NCBI GenBank assembly: GCA_009841615.1
Contig: VXLL01000027.1
Span: forward strand, 1,223 to 65,222
Direction of reading: 5' to 3'
Origin: Gammaproteobacteria bacterium
Lineage (GTDB): Bacteria; Pseudomonadota; Gammaproteobacteria; Pseudomonadales; Azotimanducaceae
Length of the DNA: 64,000 nucleotides
In this document: one piece after another, positions 38,045 to 47,487 of the stretch
How positions within the stretch are numbered: position 1 is the stretch's first letter
Layout of the letters: every line of letters starts with the position of its first letter
Position numbers and translations under genes: made by a program
The notes under the pieces: model-generated
Told to the model about the DNA's origin: nothing
What the model saw: the letters and a program-made list of their open reading frames with translations, nothing else
Database searches by the model: none

Positions 38045-39039
38045 CCGACACAAAGTACCGTTTCACACACCCCATTTATTACTGCTTCGTCATTGTGGTA
38101 TGTGTGCTAGGAGTACACGGGGAAGAGCGGACCGCAACGGAATGGGTTGAGGCCATGCACAAAGCTCAATCGGAGATGGGCTTTGAGGGAACTTTAGAAA
38201 TTTGGAACGGTATCGCGTTAACCACGATTGAGTATTGTCAATATGTCATTGATGGCAAGGTTCAGGTCAAAGCCAAGCCAAGTGAGGGACCTCAACGCGA
38301 GATTAATAGAACTGACAAAGAGCTATCGATCAGTTTTGCCGCAGATGACGAATTTCATGAATTCGGTAATGAACTGAGCGGCGATTCACTTTCTCGACTG
38401 TTTCCTCCTGATATTGCGACACTCAGCGAGTCCTATGACATCGCCAAAATGCCGGACCAAGAAATTGCAGATCGCGACGCAGTGGGAATTTCAATCATGC
38501 CCAAGCAAGCAGATCGACACGGCTTCAAGATTTGGATTGACAAATCTACTGCGTTACTACTCCGCATGGAAATGTGCGACTGTGACGACGCGCGACGAAT
38601 ACTCAGTATGTTGGTATTTACCGAAATAAAGGTTTTGGAAGGTTCTGGGCCGGTACTCTCGGTTGCTGAAGAGACGAAAGAATCGGATCTGTCCGTAAGT
38701 ATCGTAAATGAGGACGAATCGGATTCATCCGGCGTTCAAGCTGATTGGGAAGCGAGCTACATGCCCGAAGGTTTTAAGCTGTCAGGCATAAAGTCTAAGG
38801 ATGGCGTGTTAATGCATCGCACGTATTCGGACGGGATGAATGCGGTCACTGTAGAGATTCGCCCAATGTCGACGAAATTGAATGGCGAACTTCATATAGA
38901 AAAAATTGTTGGTCCTACAATAATTGCTACCCGTAATGCGTTAGACGCCCGCGGACGACCCCAGATAATTACTGTGGTCGGTGATTTACCTCGTAGAACG
39001 ATTTGGAAAATCTCCGAAGGGGTCAAGTTCGAACGATAA
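38041..39039 (+). CDS. rseB: Sigma-E regulatory protein RseB/MucB
   Basis: Its position (start overlaps the rseA stop), size (332 aa), signal sequence and MucB-like features (AVGISIMPKQADRHGFKIWIDKSTALLLRME) all fit RseB. Confidence 0.7.
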   Translation: MTDTKYRFTHPIYYCFVIVVCVLGVHGEERTATEWVEAMHKAQSEMGFEGTLEIWNGIALTTIEYCQYVIDGKVQVKAKPSEGPQREINRTDKELSISFAADDEFHEFGNELSGDSLSRLFPPDIATLSESYDIAKMPDQEIADRDAVGISIMPKQADRHGFKIWIDKSTALLLRMEMCDCDDARRILSMLVFTEIKVLEGSGPVLSVAEETKESDLSVSIVNEDESDSSGVQADWEASYMPEGFKLSGIKSKDGVLMHRTYSDGMNAVTVEIRPMSTKLNGELHIEKIVGPTIIATRNALDARGRPQIITVVGDLPRRTIWKISEGVKFER

Positions 39040-39053
39040 CTCGTGTGACCGCG

Positions 39054-39422
39054 ATGATCGTAGCACGTGGCACCGTGATTACTACCGCAAGTGGTAGTTC
39101 AGTGATCCAATTCGAGTACCCAGAGTGCATAGGTTGCACAAACCAATGCCCTCGTAATAAACGGAATGAATATTTGTATCCAGAACCGCTGCCTGAAAGG
39201 TCCATCATACTTCTAAATATACCTGCTTCTGGTCTATCCATTGCGTTGTTTATTTTGTTGGGAGTACCGGTGCTCATCGGTGCATTGAGTTTTACCGTGA
39301 CTAGATCAGTACTGTGGGCTTGCGTGTCGATGACAATCGCTGTTCTTGCAAATATCGGAGTATTTCGACGTTTCAGTATAGCGGACTACCTGCTACGTCC
39401 TACAATTCGTAGAATAGGTTAG
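39054..39422 (+). CDS. rseC: RseC/MucC-like protein
   Basis: Has an N-terminal beta region with a Cys cluster (ECIGCTNQCP) followed by two TM helices. It sits after rseB. The start could be ATG 39054 or GTG 39045. Confidence 0.55.
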   Translation: MIVARGTVITTASGSSVIQFEYPECIGCTNQCPRNKRNEYLYPEPLPERSIILLNIPASGLSIALFILLGVPVLIGALSFTVTRSVLWACVSMTIAVLANIGVFRRFSIADYLLRPTIRRIG

Positions 39423-39500
39423 TTTGTTAGGCCACGCGTATCGGCGGATTATGTCGATCTAGACGTAAACAGTTAACCTGCTGAAGACATTTCGGAGAAG

Positions 39501-40154
39501 TTGAGTATGAATAGTTCTGGAGTTCAAGGGGCTAGTAAAGCCTTAGTACCACTATTTCTACTTATGTTCATGTTGTGCGCGGTCTCTTCTTTCGCCACTG
39601 GTGGTGTATTGATATTTAGTAGTTGGGACACACAAGAAAAGGCGACGACTGACGCAGAGAGAATTTCCGGTCTTTTAGAACAGAAAGCGACGACCATGCA
39701 GGCTACAGTCAAGGATCGTACTGTTTATCGTGTCGTTGTTGCTGTAGACACAGACGAAGATCGTTCAGCATTAGTGCAAACAGCCGAGGGGAAAAGCTTA
39801 AAGCCATGGTTTCTCACGACAGCAAAATTGGCTGAGACCGAACAAACTACCGACGCAGCGAATTCGTCACCGAACACCGAAGCAGAGGGTGCTTTGACTT
39901 CAGGTGATCAAAAGGTTGTTTTAAGTGTCAATAACGCAGACCCTGAACAAGTGCTAAATTTCCTTGACCAAGCGACTATTGATTCTACGTTAGCTAAACT
40001 CGATGCAGTTCGGAAGCGTGCTCAAGAACTCATTCCAGATTTCGAACCTCGAATGAAGGATTTGCCACCACTTGAAGACTTACCAGAGATGCCTCAAGCG
40101 GAACAAGACGAGGAGAGCGAGGAACAACCCGAGACCTCTTCTACTTCAGAATAA
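39501..40154 (+). CDS. Hypothetical secreted or membrane-anchored protein with an acidic C-terminus
   Basis: 217 aa with an N-terminal hydrophobic segment (ALVPLFLLMFMLCAVSSFA). The C-terminus is EQDEESEEQPETSSTSE. A hairpin plus T-run follows. Confidence 0.5.
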   Translation: MSMNSSGVQGASKALVPLFLLMFMLCAVSSFATGGVLIFSSWDTQEKATTDAERISGLLEQKATTMQATVKDRTVYRVVVAVDTDEDRSALVQTAEGKSLKPWFLTTAKLAETEQTTDAANSSPNTEAEGALTSGDQKVVLSVNNADPEQVLNFLDQATIDSTLAKLDAVRKRAQELIPDFEPRMKDLPPLEDLPEMPQAEQDEESEEQPETSSTSE

Positions 40155-40190
40155 TCAAGAACTGTTGACTTTTCAAAGTTGTACTAAGTA

Positions 40191-40223
40191 GGCCAGCCGT
40201 CACTTCGGTTTGCCTATTTTTTT
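40191..40223 (+). terminator. Candidate intrinsic terminator
   Basis: Stem GGCCAGCCG (40191-40199) / CGGTTTGCC (40206-40214), 9 bp with one mismatch and one G-T pair. The loop is TCACTT and the tail is TATTTTTTT. Confidence 0.55.
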
Positions 40224-40599
40224 ACATAAGCTCGTAGGAACGAGTTAATACTTCAAGAAAGTGCCCATTTGGGTCGTAGAAGTAGAAACCACGACCTCCA
40301 TCGCGTGTATTAATTTCGTTCGGTCGATTCTTTGATGGGTCAGCCCAGTATTGCAACTTCTTGCTTTGAATTCTGGCGAACACCTCATCGAACTCCTGTT
40401 CGCTAACCTTGAAAGCAAAGTGTCGCGACTGAATTTCGTCCTTAGTATCTACAAAGTCAATAGAGAGTTCGCCAACTTTCACAATTGCAAAGTGTCCCCA
40501 AGAAACCGGTTTTGGAAGATCTAAGATCTCAGCAAGAAACTCTGCGGTATCTTCTTTATTGCGCGCGCTAACTATTGTGTGATCAAGTATGACAGCCAT
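40222..40599 (-). CDS. VOC-family (glyoxalase/bleomycin-resistance/dioxygenase fold) protein
   Basis: 125 aa. LDHTIVSARNKEDTAEFLAEIL...HFAFKV...GGRGFYFYDPNGHFLEV fits the paired beta-alpha-beta-beta-beta VOC pattern. Confidence 0.65.
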   Translation of the reverse strand: MAVILDHTIVSARNKEDTAEFLAEILDLPKPVSWGHFAIVKVGELSIDFVDTKDEIQSRHFAFKVSEQEFDEVFARIQSKKLQYWADPSKNRPNEINTRDGGRGFYFYDPNGHFLEVLTRSYELM

Positions 40600-40783
40600 T
40601 AGTCAAATTCTCCGTAGTTGGTTTCAATCTTTCACAAAAGAAATAGATATTTTCAGTAAATTCTGCAAAGTGACTGCTTTATATCTAGGTTTAAGGATCT
40701 GCAGTCTCAATGGTTGGACGATGCCAAGACGCGTTGAAGAGATACTGAGTCTTGGTCTGTGCTACAAACAGTGATTTAGAAAT

Positions 40784-41698
40784 TTGACAGAAGTGAAAGA
40801 ACGGCTCCGTCCCATTGAATCGGCTCCGGAATGGAGCGATTCAATCTTTGACACTTGTTCGGAACTGGCCGAACTCTTGGAGCAGCATGCGTACTGTTTC
40901 GCGTTCACGATGCCCAGCACGCCTCACCGTTACACGCTGAAACGGATGTGGGAAAGCGACGAACTGTTCGTCGAGGCCCTACGGAAAATGAGGGCAGTGG
41001 AGCGCGTCGAGGAGTTTTTTAGAGGCTACTGGTATCGGCGATTCATTGCCAACGGGTACAAATACTGGACGATGGGGGCAAACCTCGACCATGTCTTGAT
41101 CAATCGAGCGACTCATGCCATACCTATCGATCCCTACACAGCTGTCGCGGATTATTATGACCTTGGGTTTCACAAGAGTCAGTCGGAAGTCGAGCGGAGT
41201 ATACGGGTGTACGAGCAATTGCCGATTCAACCCGATCAAGAAATTCTGGACATAGGTTGTGGTACTGGAACGCTTGTCGACTTTCGTTTCAAACACATCC
41301 GACCTGAGCAATATACCGGTATTGACCCCAGTCGCGGGATGCTAAGTGTCTTCGGTGACAAGCACTCCGAATTCCGCGCCCGATTGTGTCGAACTGCGTT
41401 TGAAGACTATTGGCCGAGACCATTGAAGAAGTTCGATTTGATTGTAGCGCTGTTTGGAGTACCTTCGTACATAGGTGCCCCCGAATTCCTCTCCCAGAAA
41501 ATCCAGTGGCTTCTAAAACCTGGTGGCTCGGCTTTCTTAATGTACAACAAACGTAAGCCCGAACATACAGATTTTTACCGTAATCTAAGTATGGAGATCC
41601 CCGAAACATACGGGGAAGTCGTGAGTGATGAATTTTGGGTTGTTCAGGAAGGAGATGATTCCTCTTGGTTAATGGTAGTGGGAAGCAAATCAAGCTAA
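40784..41698 (+). CDS. Class I SAM-dependent methyltransferase with an uncharacterised roughly 150-aa N-terminal domain
   Basis: Motif I is ILDIGCGTGTL, with a post-I acidic residue and LKPGGSAFL downstream. The N-terminal region carries MPSTPHRYTLKR...GYKYWTMG...LINRA. Confidence 0.65.
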   Translation: MTEVKERLRPIESAPEWSDSIFDTCSELAELLEQHAYCFAFTMPSTPHRYTLKRMWESDELFVEALRKMRAVERVEEFFRGYWYRRFIANGYKYWTMGANLDHVLINRATHAIPIDPYTAVADYYDLGFHKSQSEVERSIRVYEQLPIQPDQEILDIGCGTGTLVDFRFKHIRPEQYTGIDPSRGMLSVFGDKHSEFRARLCRTAFEDYWPRPLKKFDLIVALFGVPSYIGAPEFLSQKIQWLLKPGGSAFLMYNKRKPEHTDFYRNLSMEIPETYGEVVSDEFWVVQEGDDSSWLMVVGSKSS

Positions 41699-41760
41699 AT
41701 AACGCTCTTACTGTTTTCAGCAGTTCATCCCCATGGTTGAAGACACGCGACTTTAAATTG

Positions 41761-42801
41761 CTAATCAGAAACGTTGCTTAGCACCTTGGTAGCAATTTCC
41801 TCAATCTGACCAACACAGTTCTCAATGACTCTTTCCCTTTCTACGCCAGTCTTGAGGCGGATAGGGATCCAAACTTGGTTACCTTTAATCTTGATGACTT
41901 TGAATAGTTCGGGCATTGTCTGGAAATGGTTAGCGTTGAGACCGTGATCTCCGATTCGACACCAAATAGGAGAAATCCCTTCATCACGCCACCAGCGCAG
42001 AGGAACACCGATCCACGCGCCAAACTTCTTTCTGGCACATATTCTTAAGTAGTGCCCCGTTTCGTGAGCCGATGATGCCCAAGTCAAGCCTTTCACGTCC
42101 GCGAGGTCTGCTCGACGGAGTTCCTGCATTATTTGACCAATTAAATCAATGTAGTTTACCAGACGACTAGGCAATTCTTGATCGTTAGTCTCATCTTCCT
42201 TGAGAGGTAGGAATGCTCCTAAATTCATACTGTCTGTCAAACCGCGCAACTGCAGAACGTCCGCTCTGACCTCGTCCATTCCTTGAGAGTTGGCGATATC
42301 CAATAGTTGATTCAAAACGCACTTCCAACTCACTACCAACAAGCTTTTGCCATCAACGGATGCTCGGCGTATTTCGCCGCTTTCATTAGGTGTAGCGCCC
42401 CATTCGAGTCCTTGTGCTTCGCATCGATCCTTGAGTTCGTCACAAACGGTCGGAACACGTTGGTAAGGAACAATAAAAATGAGAGCAGACGGGTAGTCGT
42501 TCGAAAGTTTCCTAAGATAGAACACAGGTTGTGCCTTCGTAAGACCAGCCCAGAATTTATTTTCAACAAAAACCCGCAAACGACCTTCCAGATCGTAAAT
42601 TGTTACATCGGGTTGGCCGTCTTCAATACTATGTTCGGCATCCACACGACCAGGTTCAAACTGAAGTTTTTCATCGTTAATTAAACCAACCAAAGACTGT
42701 ACGAGATTTGGATCCTTTCTCAGAATGTAGGTTAGAGCTTGTGTTGCGGCGGGTTCGTTTTGTTGTGGTCCTCCGCGAACGACGTGTGCAAGTACGCTCA
42801 T
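41761..42801 (-). CDS. PD-(D/E)XK nuclease-like hypothetical protein
   Basis: The N-terminal region PDVTIYDLEGRLRVFVENKFWAGLTKAQPVFYL fits the D...(D/E)xK core followed by a Q..Y helix, as seen in many PD-(D/E)XK family proteins. I do not recognise the rest. Confidence 0.4.
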   Translation of the reverse strand: MSVLAHVVRGGPQQNEPAATQALTYILRKDPNLVQSLVGLINDEKLQFEPGRVDAEHSIEDGQPDVTIYDLEGRLRVFVENKFWAGLTKAQPVFYLRKLSNDYPSALIFIVPYQRVPTVCDELKDRCEAQGLEWGATPNESGEIRRASVDGKSLLVVSWKCVLNQLLDIANSQGMDEVRADVLQLRGLTDSMNLGAFLPLKEDETNDQELPSRLVNYIDLIGQIMQELRRADLADVKGLTWASSAHETGHYLRICARKKFGAWIGVPLRWWRDEGISPIWCRIGDHGLNANHFQTMPELFKVIKIKGNQVWIPIRLKTGVERERVIENCVGQIEEIATKVLSNVSD

Positions 42802-43275
42802 GTATTGAGTCCCCAGAGACTTCCAAACAAAATTACACGAACCAATTTTGACATGAAAAACTTAGAGAACTCTTTGTGTTTGTACTTAGTGCCCATGGAA
42901 AAAATACGAAAAAAGGACATAGACTTCTGGTTCCTTTGATGGTTAGAAAGATGCCCGATCAAATCAGACATGGTTGGCGCACAAAATTTTGCATAGTAAG
43001 TCCACGCTCGAATCTCCGACTGTATTCAATATCGCGACTGTTCGGCGCTTTCAAACTCGTCGTATTACTTTGGTGTTGCGTTTCTTCACTCGGACGTTAA
43101 ATCAACTCGTAGTAGCTGTTTTAGGTTCCTAAGGAAAGTCATGGTTGGCTTGGTGTTTTTTTCGACACTTAAAATCTCCGACATAGAAATATCAAGAGAG
43201 AATTGGCAGGTATTCTGATCAGAAGCTGTCCTATTCACATCTCCTTATTCACCTTTTAATTTTCACGAAATAAAA

Positions 43276-44760
43276 ATGACCGCCGTAAAAGAATTACAAG
43301 AACACTTTCAAACGCTCCACCACATTGGTCACGCGGCACAGTATTTGTCGTGGGACGAAGCCGTGATCATGCCAGCTGGAGGTGGTGAAGCGCGAGCGAA
43401 GAGTCTCGCTACGCTACACAAGATTTCACACGAAATGGTCACAGCACCAAAAGTAGGGGAACTACTAGAGTCAGCTAAACAGGAAGCCACGTCAGCATGG
43501 GACCAAGCAAATCTGCGAGTAATTGAGCGTCGTTGGACTCGAGCGACCGCTCTACCAGTTGACTTAGTCGTTGCCTCCTCATTAGCTTCGTCTCGATGCG
43601 AGCAATCTTGGCGTCGCAATCGTAGGGCTAACAACTGGGAAGAAGTAAAACCATTACTTAAAGAAGTCTTAAACCTCACCAAACAAAAAGCAGAGATTCT
43701 TGGTGAAAAACTTGCCCTCTCACCATACGACGCACTACTCGACGGCTACGAGGCAGAACTGAAACGAGCTTATATTGATCCAATTTTTAAGGAATTATCC
43801 GAATTCTTACCAAATTTTGTTAATGAAGTAATTGCGAATCAGCGTCCACATGTCTCGTTAAAAGGAGAATATCCTGCTGATCGGCAAATGGATCTAGCCA
43901 AGAAATTGATGCTACCTCTTGGTTTCAATTTCGGGCGCGGACGCGTAGACACTAGCGACCATCCTTTCACTTGCGGCGACCTCTGGGACACGCGGATCAC
44001 TACTCGGTTCGGGGACGACGATTTCTTAGAGTCTATGTATGCCGTTCTCCATGAAACTGGACACGCCTTGTACCAACAAGGACTGCCAGAAGATCGATAC
44101 GACCAACCGGTCGGTGGATCGTTAGGAATGATGATTCACGAGAGTCAGTCGCTGTTTATGGAGCAACAAGTTTGTCGTAGCGAAGGCTATTTGTCCTATG
44201 TCTTACCCATTCTGACTGAGTCATTAGGGGTGGACGCGACGGATGAAAAGTGGTCTGTAACAAACTTTATTCGAAATGTACACTATGTGGAGAAAGGTTA
44301 CATTCGAGTTGAAGCAGATGAGTGTACGTATCCGCTGCATGTCATATTGCGATATCAGCTGGAGAACTCGTTATTTGACGACTCCCTTTCGATTGACGAT
44401 CTACCAAATGCTTGGAATGAGCTAATGGATCGATTCTTCGGCTTAGACACTCGTGGCGACTTCGCCAATGGAGTGATGCAAGACGTTCACTGGTATGCAG
44501 GATTGTTTGGCTACTTTCCTTGTTATACGCTCGGCGCACTGACAGCGGCACAACTCTACCAAGCTTACACCACAACAAATTCCGATGCCGAAGCACAATT
44601 CGAAGCTGGTAATTTCGAATCAGTTCTGTCTTGGTTGAGAGACAACATTCACAGTAAAGCGCAACTGACATCTGGATTCGACCGCATCGTCGAAATAACG
44701 GGGAAACCGCTGACTACTGCAGCGTTTGTAGCGCACGTAAATCAACGGTATCAGACTTAA
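43276..44760 (+). CDS. M32 carboxypeptidase (Taq-type metallocarboxypeptidase)
   Basis: HEXXH is present as LHETGHALYQQG, with IHESQSLFME and the DRY-like region ahead of it. Length (494 aa) is typical. Confidence 0.85.
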   Translation: MTAVKELQEHFQTLHHIGHAAQYLSWDEAVIMPAGGGEARAKSLATLHKISHEMVTAPKVGELLESAKQEATSAWDQANLRVIERRWTRATALPVDLVVASSLASSRCEQSWRRNRRANNWEEVKPLLKEVLNLTKQKAEILGEKLALSPYDALLDGYEAELKRAYIDPIFKELSEFLPNFVNEVIANQRPHVSLKGEYPADRQMDLAKKLMLPLGFNFGRGRVDTSDHPFTCGDLWDTRITTRFGDDDFLESMYAVLHETGHALYQQGLPEDRYDQPVGGSLGMMIHESQSLFMEQQVCRSEGYLSYVLPILTESLGVDATDEKWSVTNFIRNVHYVEKGYIRVEADECTYPLHVILRYQLENSLFDDSLSIDDLPNAWNELMDRFFGLDTRGDFANGVMQDVHWYAGLFGYFPCYTLGALTAAQLYQAYTTTNSDAEAQFEAGNFESVLSWLRDNIHSKAQLTSGFDRIVEITGKPLTTAAFVAHVNQRYQT

Positions 44761-44872
44761 TCTGAACTGAAGTCGGGTTCGCGACACCTAACGACTAGTC
44801 CTGAGACTTGCACGCTCACCAAAACTGAATTGAATCTCGGTCTCAGATACTTGTACATACATCAACTTCGTC

Positions 44873-46690
44873 ATGAGTGACTCGCTCGCGTCAAAAATTT
44901 CACGGACTCGAAATTTTTCGATTATCGCCCACATTGATCATGGAAAATCGACATTAGCCGATCGATTTATTCAACACTGTGAAGCCCTTCCAGAAAGAGA
45001 AATGGCTGATCAAGTTCTGGATTCAATGGAACTAGAGCGCGAACGGGGCATCACAATTAAGTCACAGAGCGTCGCGCTGAGATATCGGGCACGAGATGGA
45101 GAACTTTATTATCTAAATTTCATTGATACGCCTGGCCATGTGGATTTCAGCTACGAAGTTTCGCGTTCTCTCGCCGCATGTGAAGGTGCTCTGCTAATTG
45201 TTGACGCGACGCAGGGTGTCGAAGCCCAATCTGTGGCAAATTGCTATGCGGCTATCGAGATGGCTGTAGAAATTTTGCCAGTACTCAACAAGATGGACTT
45301 ACCACAAGCTGACGCAGAGCGGACCATCGCCGAAATCGAATCGTTGATCGGATTACTTACTGATGATGTAGTAGAAATCAGTGCGAAGATAGGCACAGGG
45401 ATCGAAGAATTGCTGGAAGCGATCGTCACCAAGATTCCTCCGCCCAAAATAGACGGATTTGATACGTTTCGCGCGTTGATCATTGACTCTTGGTTCGACA
45501 GGTACGTTGGTGTGGTCTCGTTGGTACGAGTTTGGGGCGGTAGCTTACAGCGTCGTGATCGTATCGTTTCGCATAGTGTCGGAAAAGATCACGTTGTCGA
45601 AGAACTCGGAGTGTTCACCCCGCGTCGCGAAAAACGAGAGCAGTTGCATGCGGGCGACGTTGGATATGTAAGTGCTGGGATCAAGGAAATCAACGGTGCC
45701 CCCGTCGGAGACAGTTTGATGCATGCGCGCAACCCGATTGAACCGTTACCAGGTTTTGAGCGTGCCAAACCGCAGGTCTATGCAGGGCTGTACCCCAGCG
45801 ATGCGGACGATTATGTCGCCCTCGGAGATGCTTTGGAGAAACTCGGTTTAAATGACGCGGCACTGCACTTTGAAGTCGAGAACTCCGACGCCTTGGGCTT
45901 TGGATATCGTTGTGGTTTTTTGGGAATGCTACACATGGAAATCGTGCAGGAGAGATTAGAACGAGAATATCAGCTCGATCTTGTAGTTACTGCCCCCTCC
46001 GTAGTGTATGAAGTGTTATTGCGAAATCTAGAAACTGTTTTGATTCATAACCCGTCGCATTTGGACGAGCTGAAGGACATCGCTGAGATTCGGGAACCCG
46101 TAGCTTCAGTCAATATCTTGGTGCCGCAATCGTATATCGGAAACGTCATTGAACTATGCGTGGAACGTCGCGGTTCCCAAAAGAGTATGCAGGTCACCCA
46201 CACTCAAGTCTCACTCGTCTACGACATTCCAATGAGCGAAGTTGTCGTGGACTTCTTTGATAGGCTCAAGTCGGCGAGCCGCGGTTTCGCAAGTTTGGAC
46301 TATAGCTTTTCTCGTTTTGAACCAGCACCCTTGGTCCGGCTTGATATTTTGATTAATGAGGAACGGGTCGATAGTCTTGCTGTGATAGTGCACAAAGAAG
46401 CGGCGATGTCCCGAGGACGGGCGGTAACTTCGAAATTAAAGGAAGTTATTCCAAGGCAAATGTTCGATGTTGCGATTCAAGCAGCGGTCGGTCGAAAAGT
46501 TCTTGCCCGTACCACAGTGAAAGCTCTACGTAAAAATGTCACTGCAAAATGCTATGGCGGCGACGTAACGCGAAAACGCAAGTTATTGGAAAAACAGAAA
46601 GCCGGAAAAAAACGCATGAAACAAATTGGACGCGTCGAAGTGCCTCAGCAGGCATTCATGGCTGCATTGACCATCGATCGCGCAAAGTAA
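44873..46690 (+). CDS. lepA: Translation elongation factor 4 (LepA)
   Basis: [33 protein letters not shown], and the LepA-specific C-terminus ...[37 protein letters not shown]. Confidence 0.97.
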   Translation: MSDSLASKISRTRNFSIIAHIDHGKSTLADRFIQHCEALPEREMADQVLDSMELERERGITIKSQSVALRYRARDGELYYLNFIDTPGHVDFSYEVSRSLAACEGALLIVDATQGVEAQSVANCYAAIEMAVEILPVLNKMDLPQADAERTIAEIESLIGLLTDDVVEISAKIGTGIEELLEAIVTKIPPPKIDGFDTFRALIIDSWFDRYVGVVSLVRVWGGSLQRRDRIVSHSVGKDHVVEELGVFTPRREKREQLHAGDVGYVSAGIKEINGAPVGDSLMHARNPIEPLPGFERAKPQVYAGLYPSDADDYVALGDALEKLGLNDAALHFEVENSDALGFGYRCGFLGMLHMEIVQERLEREYQLDLVVTAPSVVYEVLLRNLETVLIHNPSHLDELKDIAEIREPVASVNILVPQSYIGNVIELCVERRGSQKSMQVTHTQVSLVYDIPMSEVVVDFFDRLKSASRGFASLDYSFSRFEPAPLVRLDILINEERVDSLAVIVHKEAAMSRGRAVTSKLKEVIPRQMFDVAIQAAVGRKVLARTTVKALRKNVTAKCYGGDVTRKRKLLEKQKAGKKRMKQIGRVEVPQQAFMAALTIDRAK

Positions 46691-46710
46691 ATCTCCCAGA
46701 GAGCAAAAAG

Positions 46711-47481
46711 ATGACAAAATTTTGTAAGGTCTCCACTCGTAATCACGTACTCACAGTGACGTTAAACCGCCCCGAACGATTGAATGCGCTGCATCCCCCC
46801 GCACATCAGGAGCTGTCCGACATATTCGACGATTTCGCGAACAATGATGAATTGTGGATTGCTGTAATTACGGGCGAAGGACGCGCATTTTGTGCAGGTA
46901 ATGACCTGCGAGAACAGGCCAAGTTTGACGCGGTCGTATTTCCTGAAAAGGGGTTTGGCGGGATAACAGCAAGGTTTGATCTCACCAAACCGCTTATCGC
47001 GGCTGTGAACGGACCCGCGATGGGTGGTGGCTTTGAAATCGCACTAGCATGTGATTTGATTGTGGCTTCCGATAAAGCCATTTTTGCATTACCAGAACCT
47101 AGGCTTGGACTGGCCGCACTTGCAGGCGGATTGCAACGCTTACCTCGACAAATCGGAACCAAACGAGCGTTAGGGATGATTCTCACCGGACGCACGGTAG
47201 CTGCTCAAGAAGCTGTTGCGATGGGTTTCGTGAACGAAGTCGTACCGCATGATGACCTCATGTCGGCCGTTGATGAATGGGTAAACCAGATTTTGGAATG
47301 TGCTCCGATGTCGGTTCGAGCGAGTAAGGATGTCGTCTACAAGAGTCTTTCTATGAACTCATTAGAGGAATCTATGACTACTCCTTACGACTCTGTCGCC
47401 CAACTGATTAGAAGTGAAGACTTTAAAGAGGGGCCTCGTGCTTTCGCGGCAAAAAGAACTCCTAAGTGGTCTGGGCACTAA
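46711..47481 (+). CDS. Enoyl-CoA hydratase/isomerase (crotonase) family protein
   Basis: LTVTLNRPERLNAL, VITGEGRAFCAGNDL, AAVNGPAMGGGFEIALACDL. ATG 46711 was chosen because the longer ORF start at 46549 lies inside lepA. Confidence 0.85.
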   Translation: MTKFCKVSTRNHVLTVTLNRPERLNALHPPAHQELSDIFDDFANNDELWIAVITGEGRAFCAGNDLREQAKFDAVVFPEKGFGGITARFDLTKPLIAAVNGPAMGGGFEIALACDLIVASDKAIFALPEPRLGLAALAGGLQRLPRQIGTKRALGMILTGRTVAAQEAVAMGFVNEVVPHDDLMSAVDEWVNQILECAPMSVRASKDVVYKSLSMNSLEESMTTPYDSVAQLIRSEDFKEGPRAFAAKRTPKWSGH

Positions 47482-47487
47482 TCTGTT

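Noticed and set aside
40784-42801. Interpreting the methyltransferase plus PD-(D/E)XK pair as a classical restriction-modification system.
   Set aside because: The methyltransferase shows only the generic class I SAM motif. It has no (D/N/S)PP(Y/F) catalytic motif and no target-recognition domain that I can see. The genes are convergent rather than co-transcribed.
46549-46710. N-terminal extension of the crotonase ORF overlapping the last 142 nt of lepA.
   Set aside because: The extension has no family similarity. The Met at 46711 gives the canonical crotonase N-terminus 20 nt after the lepA stop.
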